The translations under genes were made by a program, and so were the position numbers. The notes below the pieces were generated by a model. It worked only from the letters and a program-made list of their open reading frames with translations. It was not told the origin of the DNA and ran no database searches. 64,000 bases of DNA from Octopus vulgaris (taxonomy: Eukaryota): positions 49,600,001-49,664,000 of the forward strand of contig OX597819.1 of NCBI GenBank assembly GCA_951406725.2, read 5' to 3'. Positions 1 through 11,392 of the stretch are shown here, in pieces. The first letter of the stretch is position 1. Each line of letters starts with the position of its first letter.

Positions 1-107
1 GGAAATTCTACACATAAAAAGGTCATCATGCTGATACTCAAGTCTGGGAGGCAGAGATTTCACAAAGACAACATCAATGTTTGTAATACAAAACTTGTAA
101 AACTTAC

Positions 108-219
108 TTAAAGGAGGTGCTTTTGCTATAGGTTTTAGCCCACTGGAGGGGCCGGGTGTGACACTGCCGGAACTGGTAGGGGTTATTGACTTTGATACAG
201 GTGTTCCAGATTTGTCATT
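108..219 (-). CDS. gro: Groucho/TLE exon, SP domain (NDKSGTPVSKSITPTSSGSVTPGPSSGLKPIAKAPPL+A), 112 nt, phase 0-1
   Basis: ccattacag|AAT GAC AAA TCT GGA ACA CCT...CCT TTA A|gtaagt. NDKS-TP--KS-TPT motif resembles the TLE SP domain. Confidence 0.93.
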
Positions 220-690
220 CTGTAATGGAATTATAAGTGGGTATGGATTTAAAGGAATTTTGGAATGATAAATTCTAATACATATTAGAGGGAAATTTTA
301 AACTAAAACTTCCCTTATTACCTGCATTTCACCAACTTTGGTAAGTATTATCTTGTCTAGACATTTTAAAGTGATGCCTTACAACGACATTATGTTTTAG
401 ATTGCCTTCAATGATTGCAGCAGGATAAGTCTGAACTATTTTTTATATGTGAAAATTGAGTACAGATTTTTCAAAATATATAGAATTCTATTTTTATATG
501 CCTCATACATACACTAAATGACAATGAAATTAACATTAATGTTCAGCTATATAAATACACAGAAATATACACATACTACATACATTTTATAAACACAGAT
601 CTATATATGTATATATAAATATACACAGGCACACACAATTACAAATATTATTGAGACAAGTATATAAAGTATAGTTTAAGATGCACATAC

Positions 691-828
691 CTCTTTATGT
701 TTTGAAGATGAAGCTGTGCTTGCATGTGATGATGAATCGCTTCGTGGACTACTTCTGTCATCTTTTTTATGAGCATCTTTCATAACTTTTTCTCTGGGTG
801 ATAAATCTCCATTTACAGGTGATGTGTC
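691..828 (-). CDS. gro: Groucho/TLE exon, CcN/SP region (DTSPVNGDLSPREKVMKDAHKKDDRSSPRSDSSSHASTASSSKHKE), 138 nt, phase 0-0
   Basis: ctgtctcag|GAC ACA TCA CCT...AAA GAG|gtatgt. Ser/Pro-rich open frame in phase with both neighbours. Confidence 0.92.
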
Positions 829-1854
829 CTGAGACAGGGAGAAAGGATGACTGATTAGGTTTTCTTTTTATCTATTACATTGTAGCAATGACAAACAAAC
901 ATTAACAACAACAAAAAAACAATAGACAATTGTTTTATTGGAGATTAACAGCTTTCCATTTAACACAAAGTTTTGTTAGAATTTCTATATCCTGGTTAGG
1001 GCTGTGGTGGTATTGAGCAGACCAAGCTGAACCCATTTGGCATTGGTTCATTCCACGTTCCTACTAAGTTACCCAGTAAAATCTGCAGAACTATCTACAG
1101 TGAAATATTACAGAAAACATTTCAATTTTTATGACAGAATGCAAACTGTTTTCATTTTCCCTGTTATATCTTGGAACAAATGATTCACTGTCAATGTACC
1201 ATAGAGTCCTCAGTCAAAGATCAGCCTATAGCATATCTAGTCTGTTGAATATGGGCTGTTGCTCTCAAGCACAATTCCAAGTCTTAACTGACAGAATATT
1301 TCTAGATCATTCAATTCTTAAATTCATATCTTATAAAAAAGAAAGAAAGAAAGAAAAAAGACAATAGGAAGCGGAATAAAAGAAAATACTTTCTTCCCCA
1401 CCCCCTGCCCCAGTAATTTCACAAACATCCATTTAAACTGATGAGATTCAATATAGGAATGAAAAAAAAAAATGAGTAACAGTTAACTTGTGCTACAACC
1501 ATTTTGGATTTTCATCTCAATCAACTAAAGCCCGTAGGTCTTCAGACAAGAATATATTTCACAACCAACTGATTAACCAGCAAGTTGTCTGCAACATCAC
1601 TGGTGGTAGAGGTTAGAAAGTAAATGAAAATGATAATAATAAACTAATCACACAACTCAATATCAGTATTGCATGGGGAAAAAAAGTTACCTTATGAATA
1701 AGAAAAAAAAAAAAAAAAAAAGAGCATAATCAAAAATAAATGCTGAATGACCCAATGCCCCACAACATATTGCCCCCAGAAACCGTCTATTCTCTTTCTA
1801 TCTTTTAAAGTTTTAATAAGCTACATATTCTTGGGTTTTTTTTTTTTCTCTTTT

Positions 1855-2048
1855 TATTTTACTCTTTATTTGTTTCAATCATTTGACTGTGGCTATGCTG
1901 GAGCATCGCCTTTAGTCGAACAAATTGACCCTAGGACTTATTCTTTGTAAACCTGGTACCTATTCTATCAGTCTGTTTTGCTGAACCGCTAAGTTACGGA
2001 GACATAAACACACCAGCATTGATTTCCAGCGATGGTGAGGGGACACAC

Positions 2049-2089
<41 letters not shown>

Positions 2090-2252
2090 GACAGGCTTCT
2101 TTCAGTTTCTGTCTACCAATTCTACTCATAGGGCTTTGGTCAGCCCAAGGCTATAGTAGAAGACACTTGCCCAAGGTGCCACGAAGTGGGACTGAACCCA
2201 AACCCATGTGGTTGGTAAGCAAGCTACTTACCACACAGCCACTCCTGCACCC
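1855..2252 (-). mobile_element. Near full-length tRNA-derived SINE, family A
   Basis: Reverse complement begins ggtgcaggagtggctgtgtggtaagtagcttgcttaccaaccacatggg... (pol III A/B-box-like head). It continues with ggcaccttgggcaagtgtcttctactatagcc, an internal (TG)/(TA) tract and a 3' tail. Many homologous copies occur in the window. Confidence 0.9.
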
Positions 2253-2418
2253 ATGATTGTCTTATTTTACTTTTTTCTTGAGAGAAATTTATACTGAATT
2301 TTATGCTAATGTAAAAGAAGTAAAGATTAAATTAGATTAAAGAATCATTGGCTACAGAAGAAGATTTATGAGGTATAGAATTTGATTGACATGGGGAGAA
2401 GGATGGTGTAATACTCAC

Positions 2419-2469
2419 TTCTGCTACATCAACTACGAGATCTTGGTCACTCTTCTCGCCATCACTATC
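2419..2469 (-). CDS. gro: Groucho/TLE exon, CcN CK2 site (DSDGEKSDQDLVVDVAE), 51 nt, phase 0-0
   Basis: ttggttag|GAT AGT GAT GGC GAG AAG AGT GAC CAA GAT CTC GTA GTT GAT GTA GCA GAA|gtgagt. Hallmark DSDG(E/D)KSD-DLVVD motif. Confidence 0.96.
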
Positions 2470-2921
2470 CTAACCAAGATAGAAATGAAGGTAAATTTTT
2501 TTTTAGATTTTAACATCAAGAAGCTATAAGAAGCACAAATATAATTCAACAGTTATAAAAATATTGCAAAGAAAAACAGAATCTTGAAACTAATAAGACT
2601 AGCCAGCCAATGACTGGAGAATTTTTTTTTAACAATGGGCCACCATTAGTGGTCTTATAGCCAGATAAATACAGATACATTCCAATGAAACAAAAATATG
2701 AGATATATGTTATGAATATTATACAAAATTATATGTGTATGGCTGGATTTATTCTTGTGTGTAAAGGTAGGTTTATTCATGTAGGTGTAATTCTTTAATT
2801 CTATGGCAGGAAATTAAGAAAATGAAATATTCTGTCCATTTCTTGTCTCTCGCTTTCACACACTCACTCAAATGATATCTAAGCTCCTCAGGAGAAATGT
2901 GCAGTTCATATAGTCACTTAC

Positions 2922-3026
2922 ATTGGGTTTCTCTTCTGCTCTTCGCTTTTTTGAGCTGTCATTTACTTCAGGGGACCTACTTCGATGTCTATACTTGTCA
3001 CGATCAGCTGGTGATGCGGATGCTCT
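2922..3026 (-). CDS. gro: Groucho/TLE exon, CcN domain with NLS (RASASPADRDKYRHRSRSPEVNDSSKKRRAEEKPN), 105 nt, phase 0-0
   Basis: ttttctgtag|AGA GCA TCC...CCC AAT|gtaagt. Open frame with a KKRR NLS directly before the CK2-site exon. Confidence 0.92.
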
Positions 3027-6000
3027 CTACAGAAAAGAAAAGAAAGAAAAAAAAACATATTGAAGATCTTTGGAAACAATGCTAAAGATATATAGCATTT
3101 GCTAGGTTGCATGCTGAGGGTCATTTAACTTAAAACTACTTCACTTGTAGAACGATACCCACTGGGTGGAAACCAAGCAAGGAAAAAAAAAAATACATAT
3201 AGGTATAGGAAAAAAAAAACAAAAAACAAATCAGAATCCAATTCAGTTTCAGACATCACAGGAGAAATTGAATGGAAGAACAAGTATAGAATACAAAAAT
3301 AAAGCAAAAATTCATTCATAATTCACATCTATATTGTTTATTTCTTTAATTATTATTACTATTATTTATTTTTGGCAGGGAGAAAATTGCAGTATTGTAG
3401 AACTAATGTTACTAAATGATATTTATGAGGAAAGAAGTAGAGTCGTATTTTGATAATTACTAATAATGTAGCTAAGGAGTTAAGTAATATTATGAAAATA
3501 TTCATTTTACAAATGGGAACGTTTAAAAACGAGAAAAAAAGAAAAAGAAAAAAGACAATCTCTGTTAGTAAATTTTTCAATAACTTGTTCATTTATATTT
3601 GGTGGGGTGATAAAAAGTTAGAAGGGAGATCAATGTTATTCAAATACCAATATAGAGAATGAATGATGCTTGTAGAGATTGTGTTGAGCTTTTTGAGTGG
3701 CTTAAGAATATTTCCAAATGAAGGGTTTTTCCAGAGAATCATGATGTAAAAACTTGGGATACACTGATTTCTCAGCTCCGTCTCCGCTCCCAACCACCTC
3801 TCGTTCAGAGTGTGCTTTTTATCAGTAAATGGAGTAAGGAACAATAAGAAAGTCTAGAATAGCCGAGAGGTTTTAAACAGGAAATTATTGAGAACTAAAT
3901 GGATGGGGAGAAGAGAGAGAGAGAGAGAAAAAGAGAGAGGTTTTTGTTTTTGTTTTGTTTTTGATCTCGCTCTCTTGCTTCCCTTCACTAAAAACCATTT
4001 TCTCAAGAGATTAACATTCTTTGCTTGCAGCAATATGATAAATCAATATCTTAAGGAAGAAGAAGAAAAAAAGAAAAAAAACAAGCAAGGTTAGTGGGTG
4101 GGTGTGAGATAGTGAGACTTAAATAGAATATAAATTGGAGAAAGGAGACCGATAGTTTTGAGTTTGAGAAGATGGAGATCCTGAACTGATTGAAAGTAAA
4201 AAATGTATTTGTTCAGCTGGCTACAGCTTTTGTGTGAAGAAGGACAAGGAGAGGAAAAAATGAGTAAGGAGGGAGAGAGAGACAGAGAACTTCAACAAGA
4301 GAATGCGAAGCTGCAACAATCTAAAACAGAAAAAGGAAAAGAAAAAACTCCTTAACAGGCAACTCCTACTTCAGTCTATCTTCCTATCGCCCCTACTCTT
4401 AGCCTAACCTTACCTCTTGACCTTCTTTGGTAGCAAAAGTGAATGGAGGGAGAGGAGGAGGGGGGGAATCACTAATAGTGAAAATGTTTTCATCACTAAT
4501 AAAGAGTTGGTGATTGGGAACTGAAGGTATGGAGCAGGGTGGGTGGTGGCAATCTGTAATGTAGTATTTGTATGTAAAATTTGAAAAACAGAATTAGGGG
4601 AAAGGGAAATTAAAAAAAAAAACCATTAAAAAGAATTGAGTATAATTAAAAAAAAAGTTGCATTTTACTTAAATAATAATAATAATAATTTGAGCCATTA
4701 GGAAATGAACATGGTGAATGAAGGGCTAGGACACACTTTTAAGAATATTTTTATCTTCTAAAGGTAACATAAATGGAACTATTAAGATTGAATTTAAGAT
4801 TAATAAAAAAAAAAAAAGTGGTTTTCAAGAATTTGATCACAGTAATTGTATGTATATATAGACATGAATTAAAATCTATACTCTAATGTTATGAATCACA
4901 CACACACACACACACACACCCATATAAATTCTTGACAATTTAGCAAGGCAGATTTTATGAAAGGATATATTTGTGCAATAATAATAATAATAATAATTGC
5001 AGTAAGAAATGTAAAAAAAAAAAAAATTCTATTTAAAAACCACAAAATAGTCAAATTTCAATTCTTACAACATTGGTTGGAATAAAGTAAATTTTAAAAA
5101 AAAAGTTGATGTGGAACCATTTGTTCAAATAGGCTTGTGTGTGTATATATATATATATATATAAGATAAGAAGCATAATTTGTGTGGATGTAAAAATTTG
5201 AGAATATTAAGAAATCTAGTATCAAAGTTTTCTGCTTTAGTTTGTATCATATACAGCAACTCAAAACCTTGGTTATTGTTAAAAAAAGTTTGGCAGGAAA
5301 TTATCACAACAGCCAACGCTTGCAGATTATTTTGTATGTGCACAACTCCCGTTCACTCTCCTCCACTTATGGGGACTCATGGTGGTAGGGACAGCAATAT
5401 AGTTGATAGGTGTACATAAGCATGTTAAGCCTGTGCATGAATAATAAATCAAGTTTGATAGTCTTCTGGTTAGTCAACAATGGAATAGAATTACTCAATA
5501 ACTAAGGCAAGTTAAAAAATATATATATATATATAGAAAGTAAATGCAACAACAAAAAGAAATATTTTAGAATACACAGTATACACCATCCCACCCTAAC
5601 TAATCTTGTATTAATAGTTAACTGGGAGCTTGTTCTGTGACAAGAAATAACATCAATTCAGAGAAGATGTTAAGAAAAGTTGCAATTGTCATGATAGGTG
5701 CAACATCAGTCAATAACAGATGTGAACGAGAGAGAGTAAATATGTTTCAGTGTGTGTGTGTGTCTATGTGATTCATGTGTCCATCTTTTGGTTATCCAGA
5801 AACTAATACACAGCTCAAAAGGGACATGGAAGTGGGTGAAGTAAACAAGCTCAATGGTTGAAGCTGCAAAGAAATCTTTTCTCAAAGGAGACGGCTGTCT
5901 AATCCTATTCCAATGGCCATCAGCAAACATTAACAAAAGTACTACTACCAATGACTGTTTGCACAGATCTGCTCTCTTTCCATTCATTTAGAGAGAGAGA

Positions 6001-7568
6001 GAGAGAAAGAGAGAAGGTGTGTGTGTGTGTATGTATGTATATTTGTGGGTGTAAGAGGAGATGAAGGTTTCAATTTAAGCTTAAAGAAGGGGAGCAAGGA
6101 CGAAAGAGTTGAGGAGAGGAGAGGCAGAGAAAGAGTCTACACATCTTACCTCATCATACCACACCAACATTGTAGCAAATATTAGCTTTGCACTTCAGGG
6201 GCAAACATCTAATATCTTGTAATAACACTCCTGTGAGCCCCAGTGTTTGATTTTCACACTGAATTCTTGCTACTTAATGTAATTCAGTTGCTGGAGAAGA
6301 CACCAATTCAAGCAACTGGCTAAGAAGGGAATCTTTGTTAACACAGTCAATATATTCAGACCAAACAAACATTCAATTCATCAATCTTTCTATCTACATC
6401 TATCTCGTTTGTTAAAACAAATGAAACAATACAAAAAGAAAAAGCAAAAACAAAAAGCTCCTGAGTAAAGAAAATAACAAAACTAAAAAAGAAAATCTTT
6501 AAAAGCATTGTGAAAAAGGAAAATTATTTAAACTATCTAGTCACTCCTATTAATAAAATAAATATATTAAGAATTTTCCCCAATAGAGTCAGTTGAATTA
6601 AAAGCCTGTACAACTTCTCAAGAACAAATATCATACAAGCAGCAGTGACATCTAAATACAGCCTACTGCCACTACAAACCTGTACAGAAGGAGGAGAGCT
6701 ATTAAAATTACAATCTAGGTTCAATGTCAAGTTGTTTCATATACCAAGTCATTTTTTTATTATTACACTTCACTCTCAACAAACTAAATGATATTAATGG
6801 CATATATCAGGGAAAGTACAAAAAATAAACTTTTATGTCCCAATGGGTCTGAGAACTCTTTCACAGTATAATTCCTCTATAAGCTTGTATGATGGCTATT
6901 TATAACCATAAATTTATATGATGCAAATAAGGCAGACAGATATAAAATGTGGTGGCTGGTATTTTTTCGAGGGATTCAGATATCTTGGAATCATCCAGAG
7001 CCAGCTAGAGGCTTTGATGTAGAAAAGTTAAGCAAGATGAGAAATTAGCAATGACATTTTCATTGGTAGATAATTTTTGAAGAGAGCAATGCAAGAGGTA
7101 AGAGGAGGAAAAGGAAGAAAATAGGGGTGGGAGTGAAATGGTGAGTTTGTGTAGAGATGTCTTTGCTGTAACTAGAAATAAGTAACCAGTTGAGGAATAA
7201 GCTATAAAGTATAAGAGTGAAACAGGAAACTGTCACAAGTAATAGCAAATTAATTGTTTGGAATTATATCTTACAAATGCCTGCCATTCTTAAACCAAAA
7301 GGTGATGTGAGACAATGTCAGGTTTCAAATGTATAGAGTTACAGTTAATTAATAAAGATATGGAAATTTCATGAGTGAATTTGGCAAGGAGAAAATGTTA
7401 ACAGAAGTCGAGGACATGCAGGGAGTCTAGATTTAGGTTGTAAATTTCAAAAGGCGACAGATAAAGTAGGTTCTTGAGGTCATGGTATTATTCACCTAAA
7501 ATTATATTCTCCTTCTCTGAGGACATTGAAATTAATCACCTGAATAAAGAGAGAGTGTGTGTGTGTGA

Positions 7569-7599
<31 letters not shown>

Positions 7600-8173
7600 A
7601 CTATGCTAAGTAATGTAACAACAGTAAAAGAGGGTCTGTCTCAGAGACAAAGACTATTGCAGACATGCAACTGGATTAATGCCAATATCCAGAAACAGTT
7701 GGTTAATTCATTGCTGTCAAAGCACTGATTTTCTGTACAACCTCACTACATAATCAAATACTTGTTCACATAAGTGTTTTGAAGACTAATTATTGAGAAA
7801 ATATATTATTGTTTCTGTAAAACCTAATAAATTTATCTTTGAAACAGATTTGTTTAAATCTGGAAAAGAAAACTCATATCAAGGCTTAATCTCAAAAAAA
7901 TAATCTTAAAATTCTTTTTGTTTCTTTCAGATATAAATAACAAGGACACTTCTTGATTTTGACAGATGGAAGACATAATGCACAGCACATAATGCACAGC
8001 TAAAGTGTTAATGGATCATCCTAAAACTTCTACTATTGAGAAACATAATAATAACAAAGAAAAACAGAACATAAAAAAACAGTTGGGAAGTCTGTATTTC
8101 ATGGAAAACATTCTCAAGTATGGTTGGTTATACACTGTATTATGTCCCCAAAACAAATTTGGAAAGAATTAAA

Positions 8174-8227
8174 TTGTGCAGAATTATGATTGGAAGCAAC
8201 TTGTGCAGAATTATGATTGGAAGCAAC
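8174..8227. repeat. Perfect 27-bp tandem duplication
   Basis: ttgtgcagaattatgattggaagcaac x2. Confidence 0.95.
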
Positions 8228-11169
8228 ATTTCCAATAATCTATGTTAAATGGCGATTACAAGGCAAATGTCAGTAAGATCATATCTGAACACCAAATAGG
8301 ATTTAGGTGGGGAAAAATACAGAATTCAGATCACAGCAATATCTATTAGAGTCAGGATATAAATCAATAAAAAAAAAATGTTTTTTAAACCACACACAAA
8401 GGAATAAAAGCATCCAAAAGAAATCAATACTGAAAATGAAGAGATAAATTGCCCCATGGATATTTTTAAAACTTGGAAATTGCCCAAAGAAAAGACAAAG
8501 AGCACAGCACAATTGGACTGAAAAAACTTTTTTCTTATTTTTTTTGGTAAAGAAGCGCAAAGGAGATTTTGGAAGACAAGTTATGAAAGTTGCATTAATT
8601 CTATTAACTTGTATGTCAGTTATGTATATCAAATGAGAAGATATCAAACAGTGTTTGTTTAAACTGTGGTAGAACAAAAAATACCCAGTTTCAATAGGTC
8701 TATTGCTGATCATGTAATGGGAGGGGGAAAAAAAAATCAAACCTACACTATTCACCAAGCTGTGAGGAATGATTAAAAAAATAGAGAGAAAAAAAACATC
8801 TTGTCGGTAGCATTGTTAAATTCTAATGATACCAACAAAAGAGATAACCAGAAAAAAAGAGGAAGTTATATATATATATCAATAGTCAAAAGAAACTCAC
8901 ACAGGAATATGGCCATTAATCATGGTATAATTTGCAGTTTTATTCATAAAATATTTTTTTTTAAAGTACAAGTAAACAATGCCAAGCAGGAATTGTCAAA
9001 AACACAATTGGTTTTCTTTCTAAAAAGGAGGGAATATCAATATTTATCCCACTTGTAATTAACAGCATTGTGTAAATATAAATAAAAGTTAAACAGATTT
9101 TCCAGACTTCCAATGAAGGCCTTTCATTTTTATTTGATTTTTAATAATTTTATAATTCTTTTTGTAGACAAATTTGATGAAAATCCAATGACCTCACTTC
9201 ACATCTGTATTAAACATTTTGTTTTCCACAAGCAGATATTAAAAAAAAATGTTTATCAGAAACAGATCCCAGTGCTATAAATTATCTCTATATAGCTAAC
9301 CTGACCTAGGATGGATATATGGACAGTTAATGATCCCCCCCACACACACACCCAAACCAAGTTAACTTTAAGTTATTTTTTTCATTAAGCTGCTGGAGGC
9401 AAAAACCCTTCAAACACAAGAAAATTAGGGACAAAAAATATAAAAACATTTGAGGGATTACCAATAGACAACTATTCTATGAATCAGAATATATATAGAA
9501 GAAATTTCAACTTGCACTAAGACCTGTGTGAAATATTTCAGGATGTAGTAGGTTGATTTAAATGAGGGGATGAAAAAAATAAAACAAAAAAAGTGCATGC
9601 ATATGCACACCTATTTTTTGTAGAAATTAGGTAAAATTCTTTACATTAAATTTTATAAGGAAAATATAAGAGAAATGGAATTAAGATTTTTGTATAACAG
9701 AAAAGTTTCATTAGAACTAACTTTAAATTTTAAAATTGAAAGGTTTATGACAAACTTTTCGGCATATGAAAAGTACAAAAAGAGAAGGCTAACCTTTGTT
9801 TACAAAGTATAGATAAACAAAAATTTGTTTAATGAAGAAGAAAAAATAAAAAAATCATAACTATTTACATCAACATAAGAATTTATATATAATTTCAACC
9901 CAATTTATAGCAGAATGTAAAAACAATAAACTGTCCTGTCTACTAATATGAAAGTAATTTTTACTTCAAATGGAACTTGTGCAGGTATTGAACAAAAATC
10001 AATGAAGTTGACATCTTGGGAACATTCTACAGAATGCAGTGTGGTTTTGACTGACATTGGTATCTAAAGAAATTCAGATTCTCCACTCCTACGGCTATTT
10101 TCGTTTGTGGAGATATAAAAAAAAAAAAAAAAAAACGAAAATATAAAATATATAGAAGATATAGTTTAAAAAATACCAATAACTGTTTCTTAAAGCTAAA
10201 CAAACACGAGGATAGAGTCTATGAATAAAATATATTTTTATTTGAAATTCCAGGAAACTGTGTTTAAACGCAACAGGTACAGCAACCTCAATCAACATTA
10301 ACAAGAACTTTAAATAAAAAAGATTGGATATAATTTTAAGAAAAATTTTACAGAGCACACAAGCATCACTCTAAATTTTTTGGAAATTTGTGACTGATAC
10401 TTTTCTTGACATTTAAATTCATCTTAGGAATATCAAGAAAGTAAACAAAGTTGATCTCTCTCTCTCTCCTCACTGATCTACCACCACCACCACCACCACC
10501 ACAAAAAAATCTTGAGAGCAAAGAATTAAAACTACTGCAAAATAAAATCAGATACAAAGTAATACACACTAGATTCCCCCCCCCTTTTTTTTTCTATTAC
10601 ATCCAATTTCACTCTAACTATTTTTGTCAATAAGCAGATCAAGAAAAGATTTGTTTTTTTGAACCTGCTTTTTTAAGCATGCAAACCATCACATGAAAAT
10701 TCTCCCAATTGTTTGAGTGTTGAATGCCTAATACATTATTATAGGGATCTTTGTAAGAGCCCTAAATTTTATAGAAGGAATAAAATTACAAAGAAATTTT
10801 AAAATCAGGATAAACAGTGAGGTACTTAAAATAGATTAACAAATGTGTCTTCTTTTCAAAAAGACTTCCCACTATTTCCAGAAAAAACTTGGAATGACAT
10901 AATATAAATTTTTTTTTTTTTAAAGTCAACAAACAAATAAAAGGAGAGGTTAAGCTCTAAAATCAGATTTAATTTAAAAGAAAAAAATAAGTCAAATGTT
11001 AGCAGCTAGTTAGGATTGAACTTGATCCTATATAAACCAATTAAGTAAAAACAAAAATATTTCTTTTTAGTAAATTTCTATTGAAATAAAATTAAGTTTA
11101 TTTCATCTTCTAATCCTCTGCTCTTTTAATCCTCTTAATATTCTATAGAGCAAGATTGGTTTCTTTTGG

Positions 11170-11392
11170 TTAACCCTTTCAATACTACCTCTGCATCTAA
11201 CGATAGAAGCCTTTCATTGTAGAAGTATTTGGATTTAGCTTAAAACATTTCATCTTAATCCCATGTGAAATTTTTATGTTCCAAACACCAGTTTATTATT
11301 TTTCTACTTCCCTACAAATTTTTGATTATTTTCAAAATTAATTGAAACAACAGAGTGTATTTCATTACAAATATGACCACAAAAAGATTTTA
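11170..11392 (+). mobile_element. Degenerate TTAA-flanked MITE (second subfamily)
   Basis: Starts TTAACCCTTTC, ends ...aaaagatttaa. Termini resemble the other TTAA MITE family but the interior differs. Confidence 0.45.

Noticed and set aside
2170-2252. tRNA-like A/B boxes here and at other SINE heads
   Set aside because: They continue into SINE bodies and do not form a full cloverleaf; not tRNA genes.
3020-3030. Alternative acceptor tgtagagag|CA at 3022 that would join the GP exon in frame without a microexon
   Set aside because: It is a rare GAG acceptor lying downstream of a better TAG. The 11-nt exon with consensus sites is the simpler explanation, though this route is not formally excluded.
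6140-6190. Good donor-like GAG|gtaaga on the minus strand near 6149
   Set aside because: No matching pyrimidine tract/acceptor or Groucho-like peptide upstream.
8174-8227. 27-bp direct repeat as a possible CRISPR-like array
   Set aside because: Two adjacent copies with no spacer, in eukaryotic DNA; a simple tandem duplication.
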